Part shown: positions 10,618-20,473 of the stretch, piece after piece
How positions within the stretch are numbered: position 1 is the first letter of the stretch
Layout of the letters: every line of letters begins with the position of its first letter
Source: a virus
Length of the DNA stretch: 64,000 bases
Virus record (IMG/VR): IMGVR_UViG_3300021961_000020
Direction: 5' to 3' (one strand)
Notes under the pieces: model-generated
Database searches by the model: none
Seen by the model: only the letters and a program-made list of their open reading frames with translations
What the model was told of the DNA's origin: nothing
Position numbers and translations under genes: made by a program

Positions 10618-10829
10618 TAGAAGACACCTCCGTCAATGATAGCAGCTGGGAAATTTTTAGTTGTTATGAAAGTGTTTGTCGCTGCTTCATAAACTAAAAT
10701 ACTTCCATCTTGGAGATTAGTCGCGTCTACATCCGCGAGCAAAGTTAATCTACCACCAGATCCCCCTCCAAGGGCACCACTGGCAATAACTTTGACTTGA
10801 TTCGATGTGCCGATTCGTAATGCTGGCAT
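10617..10829 (-). CDS. Small virion/fibre-associated protein
   Basis: LADVDATNLQDGSILVY fibre-type motif; ends in IIDGGVF like the adjacent fibre; overlapping stop/start coupling. Confidence 0.7.
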   Translation of the reverse strand: MPALRIGTSNQVKVIASGALGGGSGGRLTLLADVDATNLQDGSILVYEAATNTFITTKNFPAAIIDGGVF

Positions 10830-11167
10830 TACCTTGTGACTCCTGCTCTGACTAGGACCATTCCTTCAACGACCTTGTACTTATAGCCACCAGAGTCTTC
10901 GAGGTTCACATCGTATACATAACGCCCTGGTTTTAAATCAACAGTTGCGGTAGACCCCAGAGAAATCTGGATCTGACCGTTTTCGGGATCGGTAACGGTA
11001 GATGCAAAAGATACGGCAGTGCTACTACCTGCCCACTTTCTCATTTGAGAAGTTGCCGTGTAGTTTGTTAAGTTTAAAAAACTTCCTGTGTCGTTATCTC
11101 CCAAACTGAAACCGTGTTGAAAATCAACTCCAGTATCAATTTGTAAATTAGCAATGTAAACTGCCAT
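10829..11167 (-). CDS. Conserved cyanophage virion structural protein (Ig-like, 112 aa)
   Basis: ANLQIDTGVDF...LTNYTATSQMRKW...GQIQISL....T..LKPGRYVYDV...VVEG pattern; late promoter upstream. Confidence 0.7.
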   Translation of the reverse strand: MAVYIANLQIDTGVDFQHGFSLGDNDTGSFLNLTNYTATSQMRKWAGSSTAVSFASTVTDPENGQIQISLGSTATVDLKPGRYVYDVNLEDSGGYKYKVVEGMVLVRAGVTR

Positions 11168-11190
11168 TCTTTACATCACGGATTATCCTA

Positions 11191-11355
11191 TTAGGTATTT
11201 AGTTTCCTTAATTCCTGTAATACTTGATGCATAGTAAGTTTAATCTCAGACAATTCTGCCCTTAGAATTTCTATTTCTGTGGGCGGAATATGATTTGTAT
11301 CTTGTATACCAAATCCGTGATATTTTAGAAATTCAGAATGTGGATCGCGGCTCAT
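11191..11355 (-). CDS. Hypothetical protein, 54 aa (not in ORF track)
   Basis: MSRDPHSEFLKYHGFGIQDTNHIPPTEIEILRAELSEIKLTMHQVLQELRKLNT; ATGA overlap with the upstream ORF. Confidence 0.6.
   Translation of the reverse strand: MSRDPHSEFLKYHGFGIQDTNHIPPTEIEILRAELSEIKLTMHQVLQELRKLNT
11195..11202 (-). promoter_or_regulatory. T4-like late promoter (CTAAATA)
   Basis: Minus-strand CTAAATAC about 28 nt upstream of the ATG at 11167. Confidence 0.5.
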
Positions 11356-11555
11356 AATTTTTCAATAATTTTACTCAACATACTTTTGATATCATCGATG
11401 TCTTTTCTCATAGACTCAATTTCTTGTCTTTCAGATTTTTTAGCATCTCTTTGTCTTATATATGCCTGATAATTGGAGTCATCGCCGTTAACGATGGCTC
11501 CAGTTTCAGAATCTCTCCAAAGGTAAGAGTGCCCTTCTACGGGAATCAAACTCAT
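11352..11555 (-). CDS. Conserved cyanophage hypothetical protein (coiled-coil C-terminus)
   Basis: IPVEGHSYLWRDSETGAIVN...Y..YI..R...EIESMRKDIDDIKSML; coupled to both neighbours. Confidence 0.75.
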   Translation of the reverse strand: MSLIPVEGHSYLWRDSETGAIVNGDDSNYQAYIRQRDAKKSERQEIESMRKDIDDIKSMLSKIIEKL

Positions 11556-14500
11556 GCTACAGCGATAACTCTCAGGTTTTTGATTACAGGATACTTCGCT
11601 TGATTAGTTCCGCTGAATACGATTTTAATTTGGAATCCATTGAAACTAGGAAGTTCATCTATAGAGTATGTATACTCTCTATATTGGGTCTCATCTGCAG
11701 GAACAAAAGAATCCGATCTTCCATCATTTTCATTCGGATCAATTACTTCATCACCAATACCGTCTCCATCAGTATCTCTAAGGTTGAGATATCCAGGGAA
11801 AAGTTCAAAGTCAGGAGTTACTTCACTAGAGTCTGTCTTAAGGATGCTATAGAGGCATCTGAAATCGCACTCAATTGGTCTGCGTGCTTCGAAGATAACC
11901 TTCAGGGAAGTAGCAGGGTTCTTAACATACACGGGGTTGGACATGTAGTAAGAAGCATGAGGATCATTATATCTGGAGTTCACTCTAGAGTCAGTTCTAT
12001 AATCCTCAACAGGATTATTCAATCTATTTTCATAGAATAGAGAAGTTGCAGCAGAAAGATCAATAACAGGAGAATTATATTCATCTCCGTTATTGGCTAA
12101 CTGGATTGTATATGTAAGAGATTTGTTTCTGGGAAGAGTTCCAAGTTTGTCTGCTTCATTTACGCGAGAAGAGAGAATTCTAGTAGAATCAAGTTGAGTA
12201 ATTCTATTAAGATCGACATCTTGGAATCCACCGTCAATATAAGCAGACTCAACTCCACTAGGAGAGGTGCCTGTGACGGTTCTCAACTGCAATGAAATGA
12301 AGTCTGTGGGTCCAAATGTGATCGCTTGGAATAGAGGTCTTACAGCGTCATACTGAATGTTCTTGGTAGCATGTACATTTTGTCCGCCACCAGAAGCTTC
12401 TTCTCTAAATGAAACCTGAGGAATAGAATTAGCAGTGTCATCACTTCCTCTGCTAGACCCTCTATCAATTTGAACATAGTAATTATCAATGTCTCTGAGA
12501 AGACTAGAAACTTCATGTTCTGTATTAATTCTTCTAAGAGATACTCCAGAGTATTCATACTTTTGAACGGGATCATTCTTAAGATGATTCAGTGCCTTAG
12601 TTCCATCAACTCCTCTTACAACACCACCAAGACTAGAAACACCAACTGTAGTGTAAGAAATAATCTCGCTATTAACAAGAGCATATCCAGTGTTTGCTGC
12701 ACTTACTGCAGCACCTTCAAATGTGGCAAACTGAGATGTGGAAGCAATGGAAAGTGTTGTTTCATTCGATGCTAGAGCAACCGACAGTTCTGTGGGAACA
12801 ACATCCGATTGAATATCCTGAAGCAGTACCTTGTTAGATGCACTGTGCATTCCATGGTTGCGATGATCTACTCTGAAATATTCTCCAGTGTAAACACTAC
12901 CTGTGGCATCGTATGTGAGGATATCTAATCCAGTATCAATGGTAGATCCACTATCATGATAATAGAGAAGATCATTAGTAGCAGTGTCAAACAACTCTGC
13001 TTGAACATCTGTCAAATACAGAGTATCGATACCACCAAGAGAGTTGATGCCAATGCGAACGCCAGAACCAGAGTTTCCTACATCAGCGGTTACAAGTCCA
13101 ACAACATCACCGACTTTATATCCACTACCAGAAGATGCAATAGATACTCCAGTGATAGCGGAAATACCAGATCCAACAGTAACGGTAAAGGTCAGTCCCT
13201 CTCCATTACCAACAATGTTATAAGTGCTTACTGGATTAGTGGGAGTTCCATAATTCTTACCACCAGTTACAATACCAGGAGTTCCAAGAACAGGACCACC
13301 CTTATCATTAATATAACCATATCTGTAAGTTTCGGTGCTCTCTCCGATCTTTCTACCCTGAGTAAATACTGTTCCGATTAAACCAGCATTGGATGTAGTT
13401 GTAATTCCAATCTTTGCTTGTTTAGGAATAGAAGTAATCGGGTTGAAGTTCAGAGGAGGAAGCAGTCCATTATTCGGTTCCAGAGGAGGATTGTAGAATG
13501 TAAGGAGACCAGTGTCCGAAGTAAATTTCGCTCTATAAAGTTTGAATGTCAGGTCTTCAAACTGAGAAGGTGTCCAAATTTCTCCGTTCTGTGATTTGAA
13601 CAGAGATCCCATTGCAAATTGCTGGGAGTAAATCTTACCTTGAGCAGACGGAAGCAGTTGGGTGTTAAGTGCCTTTTGACCCATTTCACCACAGAATACT
13701 TCATACTCATCGCTATCAGAAAGAAGGACAATAGCGTAAGTCGTATTAGGCTCAAGATAAACAGGACTCTTGAATCTGAATCTTGTGGGAACAGTTCCGT
13801 TTTCCGATGTTGTGATGTCGGACGGTCTTAAAGTTACGATAGCATTTCTATCGATAACAAACAGAGTCGGTGTACCAAGTTGTACGCTTCTGATTTGAAG
13901 GTTTACTGGGGTAGATCCAGAATTCTTCTTGGAGAAGTAAATATCAACCGATGTAGCCCATGCACCTTCTGGTCCTGTTACGATAGTTTGAGCAAGAGGG
14001 TCTCTTCTCTGTACCTGAACTGGACGGTTCTGGTTGACAACAATCGTCTGAGTTCTGTCAATAACTGTCGTGTTATTGATGATAACTGGCGGCGGCGGGG
14101 GAGGCGGAGGGGGAATCGTGCCTCTAATATCAATCGTAGAAAGATTGGTAATAGTTGTTGTCTCAAGGGTTGTAATTCTGATGTCAGTTTGGACAACTCT
14201 TGTCGTACCAGTTGCCGTATATCTGGCAAGTGCAGTAGAGATTAATGTGCTTCCAGGAGTCGGATTTTCATTTGTAAAACTAGAAGTAAGTTTGAAATCT
14301 CTATTACCAGATCTAATTCTGACTTGAGGTGTAGGAGTCTGATTAGGATCTCTAAGATAGATAGATCCAATAAGATCGCCAAAGTCATCAGAGATTAATC
14401 TGATTCTAGCGACAGTCGCTTGAGCACCACTTGTCAATCCTCTCAGAACCATTCCAGGAAGAACAAGACCAAAGAAAGCTCCTTGTGCCTGAGCAGCAAG

Positions 14501-17500
14501 TGCTACTGTGTCAATATTGAGAACTGTGGATGCTTGAGAGTATCCGTTAGGAAGTGTAGAAGTTGGATTATATGGGTTAATCGAGTATGTTTCTGTGGGA
14601 GCAGCAAATGGTCCAGACTTATGATTCGGAGTACAGAGTCTGAATTCAAAAGTATTGCCATTGATCGTGCCTCTAATGGTCTCTCCAACTTGGAAAGATC
14701 CAGAAACACTGGAAACTTCGAGAAGTTTTGGAACAATATCAAGACCACCTTGATTATCAAAGAAACCATAGAAATTAGTAAGAGGTTTCAGACCAATTCC
14801 TCTAAATTCAATATTTCTAGAACGGCAGAATGGATCAAATGTTTCTTCAGCAATAAATGTATTTTCAGATCTGATGTCATCTCTCTGAACAGTTCTACCA
14901 ACTTCTCTAGTAGATACCGTAGCAGATCCGCCGAGAACTCCGCCTCTTGTGAGACTGAAGTTGGCAGCAACTTGGTTGTTGAATACTGTAATTCCGATGG
15001 TGTTACGAATTACATTCTCAGTTCTTCTTGTATTGATCCAGTTGTCAATAGAAGGATTAAGTTTCAGTTCACCAGTGTAGGAAACAACATGGAAGGGGTT
15101 AATGTTGTTAACCTTAGTTGCAAACTCCTGTTTGATATATTCGACTTCTGTATACTTCAGAGAAAGGATATCTCCAGTCTTTTGAGTATTATTAAAATCA
15201 AGAAGTTCAAAGTCGGAGTTGTAATCAAGTTGAGAAGTGGGAAGATCTGTTCTAGGTGCAACTTGAAGATCAACCGAATCAAATTCTCTCAGAGGTCTTA
15301 ATTCTCCAAGTTCCCTATCAATCTCACAAGGAGAGCTGGGATCCATGAAATCAACTGTCTTAAAGTTGTCAACAAAGAATCCAGACTTAAATCTAGTGAG
15401 ACCTTGAGCATCTCTAATTTGTAAAGACTCCGCACTCTTCTCCAGAAGAGAAAGACTGGTAATTGTCTCAAGATTTTCAATTCTATCAGCAAGATCGCCA
15501 ATATCCCGCATTGTATATCTACGATTATCCTTAAGATATACTCTTGCTTCTTCTACATCCTTCAAATATGCAGGAAGAAGAATAGTTGCAAGTTCCATTC
15601 CCTTATTTGTCATAGTGGGAGGAACAGGTTGCCTTGCAGGTTTACCCTTCAAAATTGCAAAATTGCTATCAGGCAGAAGAACTAATTTATCAATTCTAGG
15701 TAGATAGAAATCATAGTCAAATGTCATCGACTCATTAGGAGTCAGAATTCTATCTGGTTTTCCAGAGAAATCTCTAGAAGTGTAGAAGAAAGGAGATACC
15801 GTTGCAGAAAGAGGATTGTATGTAGATACTCTAGGTCTAAAATCTAATACATCATGAGCAGGTGTCTGGGAAGGTCCAATGGCAGGGATATCCTTGGAAT
15901 ATCTTTGCGCATCGTAACTATTAACGGTAAATACATCTCCAGTATCTCCGCTAGGAACATCAAATCTATTGTAAACAATAAGGAGTTGTCTATGAGGAAC
16001 ATACGCTCCTCTGTTTCTTACAATTCTTGAATAGTCATAATACTGATTTCTCTGCCCCTTATCAAGCATATAGCTGCTTGTAATATCTCTATACTTACCA
16101 GGAGCAAATGCCTGAAGTACAGCAACTACTTTGGACTCTTCAAATTCCAGAGGTTCGAGAACAGAGAATCTATCATTAGTCAGATAAACAACTTCGATCT
16201 GACTATTAAGAGCATCGATAGAAACTACTTTAGCAATTCCCTTACTGGTTGTGCCAAAAATATTTTCTCCAATGATTGCACTGGTAAATACATCGTCAGT
16301 AGAAGAGAATGTCAACTTATCCAGAATCGGAGCAGATGTATCTAAAGATTCATAGATTGCTACGATATCTGTAACATCTGGATAATTGAGGCAGATGTCT
16401 CTATCTTGAACTCTAATTCCATAGAGTTCGCTATGATTCAGTCCGTCATTAACGCTAGTTGTGGGATCAGTTCCAGATCTTCTATTAGTAGATCTTGTGA
16501 TAGAAACTTTCTGGGATCTCTTGAATTCTTTTACCTTGTTCTTAATATTTGCCTTAGATACAGTCACATTGACTGTAATGTTAGATTGGCTACCAGTTAA
16601 TCCAGAGATCGTAAGAGAAGTAGGAGTGATGGATACTTGAGACTCATCAATGGTCGCAATAGCACCGCTAGAATACTGTACCTGATATCTCTCTTGGTCA
16701 AACGCTACGAAAGAAGCATCATCCAGATTTACGGAAGAAATCGGAACAACTAATACTCCGCCAGCAGTAGTAGTTTCGTTCTTTACTTGAGCAGAAAGAA
16801 GAAGTGTTGAAGAGGTAAAGTCTACATTAGAAACAGCCAGATCAGGAAGTCTTGTGATCAGAGATGCATTTTCTGTAGAGGAGTCCTGTACTCCAAAACT
16901 AATGGCACCATCATATGCCTTTACTCCACCATCAAACAGATTGGCAACAGTTGTCATTGCACCAACTTGCATAGATTGCAGGTCAGAAGCAACAGAGATA
17001 ACAACATTCTGAGAAGGAATGCTAATCGCACTACCAGCAGTGTTTACTGGAGAAGCATATCTGATAACATCTCCAGGTTTGAAGAACTGAAAACTTGCTC
17101 CTCTAGGAGATGTTACAGTTCCTGCAGTAGTAATTTTTACGGTTCCATTTCCAAATGCAGGAACTGGTCTATCAGTTAACTTCTTGCTAGCAGAGAATGT
17201 ATTGGACTGTTGGAAACTGTATACATCATTAATGCCATATACTTTAATTCCTTCAATAGATCTGGGAAGATCTTGATTGCCATTAATAATTAATGGTTCT
17301 CCAAGACGGAATCTTCCAGATGTTTGTGTAACATTGATCACACTGCTGCCAGCACCTGCTGATACCGCAAATCCATTTGCACCACTTTCCTTGCCTACGA
17401 GGAAAGCAGATTCAATCATTTCAGTTGCACTGACATTATCATTCAGTGTTAATGTTGTGTATGTTTGAATATCATACAGATACATGTTGAAATCTGTAGA

Positions 17501-18853
17501 TGCATTTTCATATTCTGCATCTTTTAATCCAAAATTATAGACCTTTGCATCACCAATCTTAGTGCTAGTTCCAGCTGCAACATTGGTAGCACCAGTATTA
17601 GGACCACCATAAAGACTAATTCTATTAGTAAGAGTAGAAAGACCTACAACATTATTAACAACAAACTTATTTCCCATTTCGAATGGGAATGCTTTGTTCT
17701 CTACCTTTTGAGTTTCTCTTGGTTTTAAGAAATCAATTGTAGTCGGACCATCAGTGGATACATCATATCCGTAAATATATGCCTTACCTGCACTAATCTT
17801 CAAACATGCAAGATCATCTGTAGGTGTATTGCCATCAAATGTTGTTTGATCCGAGAAGTATACTCCATTATTTCCCTGTCTGTCGTTCAAACACTCAGAG
17901 ACATTAACCAGAAACTTGTTTACAGCATAGTTTCCAGATTCATCATAAGTTCTTGAAGCAATATAGTCCCTAATTCTAGAATATTCAGTGTCTTTCTTAA
18001 TAGAAAGAATGGTTCCATTGCTAATACGAAGAACCTCTACAAAGTCGGTATCTTCAAAATCGTCAACTGATTTCTTTGTCAGAACGAGATTGATTTGAAG
18101 TCTATCAGCACCAGGAGCAGCAAAGTTAGAAAATCCCTTTGCATTATCATATAGGGTATTATCTGCCTTTGCACTGATAGCACTTTCTACAATTCTCAGT
18201 CCAACACGATAAGATGGTTGAGAATTATACTGATCGAGAATAATAGTTTGCTTATTTACTCTTACAAAATTTCCTCTAACAAAATAAACTCCAGCATCAA
18301 CTGAAGCAGCAGATCCAATCGTGCATGAATTCAATGAGATGGTCGATGCAAAAGTTCCACCTACATTGATGGTAGTTCCACCATAAGTAAATGCCTCTTC
18401 AGCAACTAAAACTTCATTATCACCAAAGAAATTAAAATCTCCACTAGTGGAGGAATTGATATATTTTACAAAGAAAGTGTCATAATCATTATCAGAATCT
18501 GTAGCACTAATATAATTGATTACCTTAGCGGTAACTCCACTTGTTTGTCCCTTGATTTTTTTGCCAACAACTTGTTTCGCATAAGCACCAATATCTACAC
18601 CCAAATGGGTGGGATTGACCTGAACAGCGTAGTATTGACCATCAAAAGTAATCGACCCAGGAATAACAATGGATCCTTCCTTGAAGATGTGACTACCAAA
18701 TGTTTCTACCTGATTTTGCAGGATAGATTGTAAAGTAGAAAGTTCTCTTGCCTGAACAGGAAATCCTGGTTTAAACAGAACGCGATGATAACCCTTTGTG
18801 GGGTCAAAATCGTCATAGTATGGACTTACATTGAGGTTAGTCTGTTGTGGCAT
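11552..18853 (-). CDS. Large virion structural protein, DUF4815-type (2433 aa)
   Basis: MPQQTNLNVSPYYDDFD...YHRVLFKPG.PVQARELSTLQSILQNQ, APGADR, RTYDESGNY, RFKSGFFVDNF, RDPLAQT motifs; follows gp8. Confidence 0.85.
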   Translation of the reverse strand: MPQQTNLNVSPYYDDFDPTKGYHRVLFKPGFPVQARELSTLQSILQNQVETFGSHIFKEGSIVIPGSITFDGQYYAVQVNPTHLGVDIGAYAKQVVGKKIKGQTSGVTAKVINYISATDSDNDYDTFFVKYINSSTSGDFNFFGDNEVLVAEEAFTYGGTTINVGGTFASTISLNSCTIGSAASVDAGVYFVRGNFVRVNKQTIILDQYNSQPSYRVGLRIVESAISAKADNTLYDNAKGFSNFAAPGADRLQINLVLTKKSVDDFEDTDFVEVLRISNGTILSIKKDTEYSRIRDYIASRTYDESGNYAVNKFLVNVSECLNDRQGNNGVYFSDQTTFDGNTPTDDLACLKISAGKAYIYGYDVSTDGPTTIDFLKPRETQKVENKAFPFEMGNKFVVNNVVGLSTLTNRISLYGGPNTGATNVAAGTSTKIGDAKVYNFGLKDAEYENASTDFNMYLYDIQTYTTLTLNDNVSATEMIESAFLVGKESGANGFAVSAGAGSSVINVTQTSGRFRLGEPLIINGNQDLPRSIEGIKVYGINDVYSFQQSNTFSASKKLTDRPVPAFGNGTVKITTAGTVTSPRGASFQFFKPGDVIRYASPVNTAGSAISIPSQNVVISVASDLQSMQVGAMTTVANLFDGGVKAYDGAISFGVQDSSTENASLITRLPDLAVSNVDFTSSTLLLSAQVKNETTTAGGVLVVPISSVNLDDASFVAFDQERYQVQYSSGAIATIDESQVSITPTSLTISGLTGSQSNITVNVTVSKANIKNKVKEFKRSQKVSITRSTNRRSGTDPTTSVNDGLNHSELYGIRVQDRDICLNYPDVTDIVAIYESLDTSAPILDKLTFSSTDDVFTSAIIGENIFGTTSKGIAKVVSIDALNSQIEVVYLTNDRFSVLEPLEFEESKVVAVLQAFAPGKYRDITSSYMLDKGQRNQYYDYSRIVRNRGAYVPHRQLLIVYNRFDVPSGDTGDVFTVNSYDAQRYSKDIPAIGPSQTPAHDVLDFRPRVSTYNPLSATVSPFFYTSRDFSGKPDRILTPNESMTFDYDFYLPRIDKLVLLPDSNFAILKGKPARQPVPPTMTNKGMELATILLPAYLKDVEEARVYLKDNRRYTMRDIGDLADRIENLETITSLSLLEKSAESLQIRDAQGLTRFKSGFFVDNFKTVDFMDPSSPCEIDRELGELRPLREFDSVDLQVAPRTDLPTSQLDYNSDFELLDFNNTQKTGDILSLKYTEVEYIKQEFATKVNNINPFHVVSYTGELKLNPSIDNWINTRRTENVIRNTIGITVFNNQVAANFSLTRGGVLGGSATVSTREVGRTVQRDDIRSENTFIAEETFDPFCRSRNIEFRGIGLKPLTNFYGFFDNQGGLDIVPKLLEVSSVSGSFQVGETIRGTINGNTFEFRLCTPNHKSGPFAAPTETYSINPYNPTSTLPNGYSQASTVLNIDTVALAAQAQGAFFGLVLPGMVLRGLTSGAQATVARIRLISDDFGDLIGSIYLRDPNQTPTPQVRIRSGNRDFKLTSSFTNENPTPGSTLISTALARYTATGTTRVVQTDIRITTLETTTITNLSTIDIRGTIPPPPPPPPPVIINNTTVIDRTQTIVVNQNRPVQVQRRDPLAQTIVTGPEGAWATSVDIYFSKKNSGSTPVNLQIRSVQLGTPTLFVIDRNAIVTLRPSDITTSENGTVPTRFRFKSPVYLEPNTTYAIVLLSDSDEYEVFCGEMGQKALNTQLLPSAQGKIYSQQFAMGSLFKSQNGEIWTPSQFEDLTFKLYRAKFTSDTGLLTFYNPPLEPNNGLLPPLNFNPITSIPKQAKIGITTTSNAGLIGTVFTQGRKIGESTETYRYGYINDKGGPVLGTPGIVTGGKNYGTPTNPVSTYNIVGNGEGLTFTVTVGSGISAITGVSIASSGSGYKVGDVVGLVTADVGNSGSGVRIGINSLGGIDTLYLTDVQAELFDTATNDLLYYHDSGSTIDTGLDILTYDATGSVYTGEYFRVDHRNHGMHSASNKVLLQDIQSDVVPTELSVALASNETTLSIASTSQFATFEGAAVSAANTGYALVNSEIISYTTVGVSSLGGVVRGVDGTKALNHLKNDPVQKYEYSGVSLRRINTEHEVSSLLRDIDNYYVQIDRGSSRGSDDTANSIPQVSFREEASGGGQNVHATKNIQYDAVRPLFQAITFGPTDFISLQLRTVTGTSPSGVESAYIDGGFQDVDLNRITQLDSTRILSSRVNEADKLGTLPRNKSLTYTIQLANNGDEYNSPVIDLSAATSLFYENRLNNPVEDYRTDSRVNSRYNDPHASYYMSNPVYVKNPATSLKVIFEARRPIECDFRCLYSILKTDSSEVTPDFELFPGYLNLRDTDGDGIGDEVIDPNENDGRSDSFVPADETQYREYTYSIDELPSFNGFQIKIVFSGTNQAKYPVIKNLRVIAVA

Positions 18854-18857
18854 CTTC

Positions 18858-20432
18858 TTAGAATTCTAAAACGATTTTGATGTCTTCTTTTTGACGCTCA
18901 TTCCTTGTAATAGAAGGTCTATTGTCAAGGTAAATGATCTCACCAGTCCTTTTATTTATTTCTGCTGGAGCGAGTCCGTTAGTAAACTGCACACCAAGGT
19001 CAACCACTTTGCCAGAAGGAGTAGTTGTGGAGATTCCAGAGAATCCAGAATCAATGTTTACGCTAAATCCGCCAGAAGAAGTAACAGCATTTCCAGAGGA
19101 ACTAAACTCTAAAACTGGCGCATCACCAGCAACTCCAATACTATCTGTAGCATCATAAAAGACTTGATTCACATACAGATTTCTATCTTGGAAATACTTA
19201 ATAACTCTGGTAGATGTGTCATAGGATGCCACATAACCCTTAGCAGTTCCTACTCCAGAAATTGCCTGCTCAATTTTTGTACCAATTGCTAAAGATTGAG
19301 ATGTGTTTCCAGTAAACTTAATTGCTTTAGCTGCAGAAAATTCAGAGGTATTCAATACTGCTGTAGATCCAGCACCAGCAGCGATCGGATTTTTAATTAC
19401 TCCAATCTGAGCAAATGTTGTATCTGAAGCAAAATCGTAACTAGAATTATCAAATCTAGAATAAATCAGAACCTTATCAGTTCCTAGTTCTTTATACAAG
19501 TCATACCCATGACCTCTAGAAGGAGGAATAATGGGAGTTAACTTGGCAAATTTAGTGGCAGCACCGTTAATGGAGGAGAGGTCAACTCTACCAAAACTAT
19601 AACCTTGACCACCAGCAGTTACAGTTGCAGAAATAATCTGACCATTTGTATTGGTTTGGACTCTAACTTTACCACCAGATCCATCACCAAGGATATCTAC
19701 TTCGATGGGACTAGACAAGAAGGCATAACCTTCTCCTTGCTCATCGATAGAAACTACCTTGATTTGGTTGTTATTTACTGTTGAGTCTCCATTATCTCTA
19801 ACAACCTTAATTTCATTTGTGGTTGAAGACGCCCACTCGTTAGGAACCGCTACATATTCGGTTGAGTCAAACTTAACAATGTCTGAGGGAGGAACAGTGA
19901 AAAGATATTTCCACAGATAACCGTCACCACTCACACCAGCAGCAGATGGTTCCAAATCAGTAAATGTTGGTTCATCGAGAGATGCGTTAGCTGTCGATGT
20001 AATACCAGCAGAACCGTTGTCAATGCAAATATAGACTCTAAAGTCTTTGTTAATAATATAGTAGTTTGCAGAATACAATCTACTAGAGTTAGAAACAAGA
20101 GATCTATTATTTGTGCTGTAGTCGTGGCGGTACATATCATAGGATGTACCTTTAGTCCATTGAACTTTACGAATCAGTCTCCTAACATCACCTGGCAATA
20201 CCTTTCGCCCGAAAAGCATTGTGTCGTACACATGGTTGACATAACTAATGTTGTCAATCGGAGAGGGTGGTTGTACTGTCGTACTATTCCAAGTGCTAGT
20301 TCTTCCATAACCCGTGATAGTCGGATTAGCAAGACCCAAAAAAGTATAATATGAATTAGTTCCATCAATTACGGAGTCAACAAAGTTATTCGCGTTAATG
20401 ACCCTAAATTGATCGGTGATAATGGCTGCCAT
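18858..20432 (-). CDS. gp8: Baseplate wedge subunit (T4 gp8-like)
   Basis: MAAIITDQFR...YDMYRHDY...YVYICIDNG-like FRVYICIDNG...DGYLWKYLFT...GEIIYLDNRPSITR...KEDIKIVLEF. Confidence 0.9.
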   Translation of the reverse strand: MAAIITDQFRVINANNFVDSVIDGTNSYYTFLGLANPTITGYGRTSTWNSTTVQPPSPIDNISYVNHVYDTMLFGRKVLPGDVRRLIRKVQWTKGTSYDMYRHDYSTNNRSLVSNSSRLYSANYYIINKDFRVYICIDNGSAGITSTANASLDEPTFTDLEPSAAGVSGDGYLWKYLFTVPPSDIVKFDSTEYVAVPNEWASSTTNEIKVVRDNGDSTVNNNQIKVVSIDEQGEGYAFLSSPIEVDILGDGSGGKVRVQTNTNGQIISATVTAGGQGYSFGRVDLSSINGAATKFAKLTPIIPPSRGHGYDLYKELGTDKVLIYSRFDNSSYDFASDTTFAQIGVIKNPIAAGAGSTAVLNTSEFSAAKAIKFTGNTSQSLAIGTKIEQAISGVGTAKGYVASYDTSTRVIKYFQDRNLYVNQVFYDATDSIGVAGDAPVLEFSSSGNAVTSSGGFSVNIDSGFSGISTTTPSGKVVDLGVQFTNGLAPAEINKRTGEIIYLDNRPSITRNERQKEDIKIVLEF

Positions 20433-20465
20433 TATTATGAGCGGGCGAAAGGTCTAACTTTTTTG

Positions 20466-20473
20466 TATTTATA
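20466..20473 (-). promoter_or_regulatory. T4-like late promoter TATAAATA for gp8
   Basis: Exact TATAAATA on the minus strand overlapping the gp7 stop codon, about 33 nt before the gp8 ATG. Confidence 0.8.
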
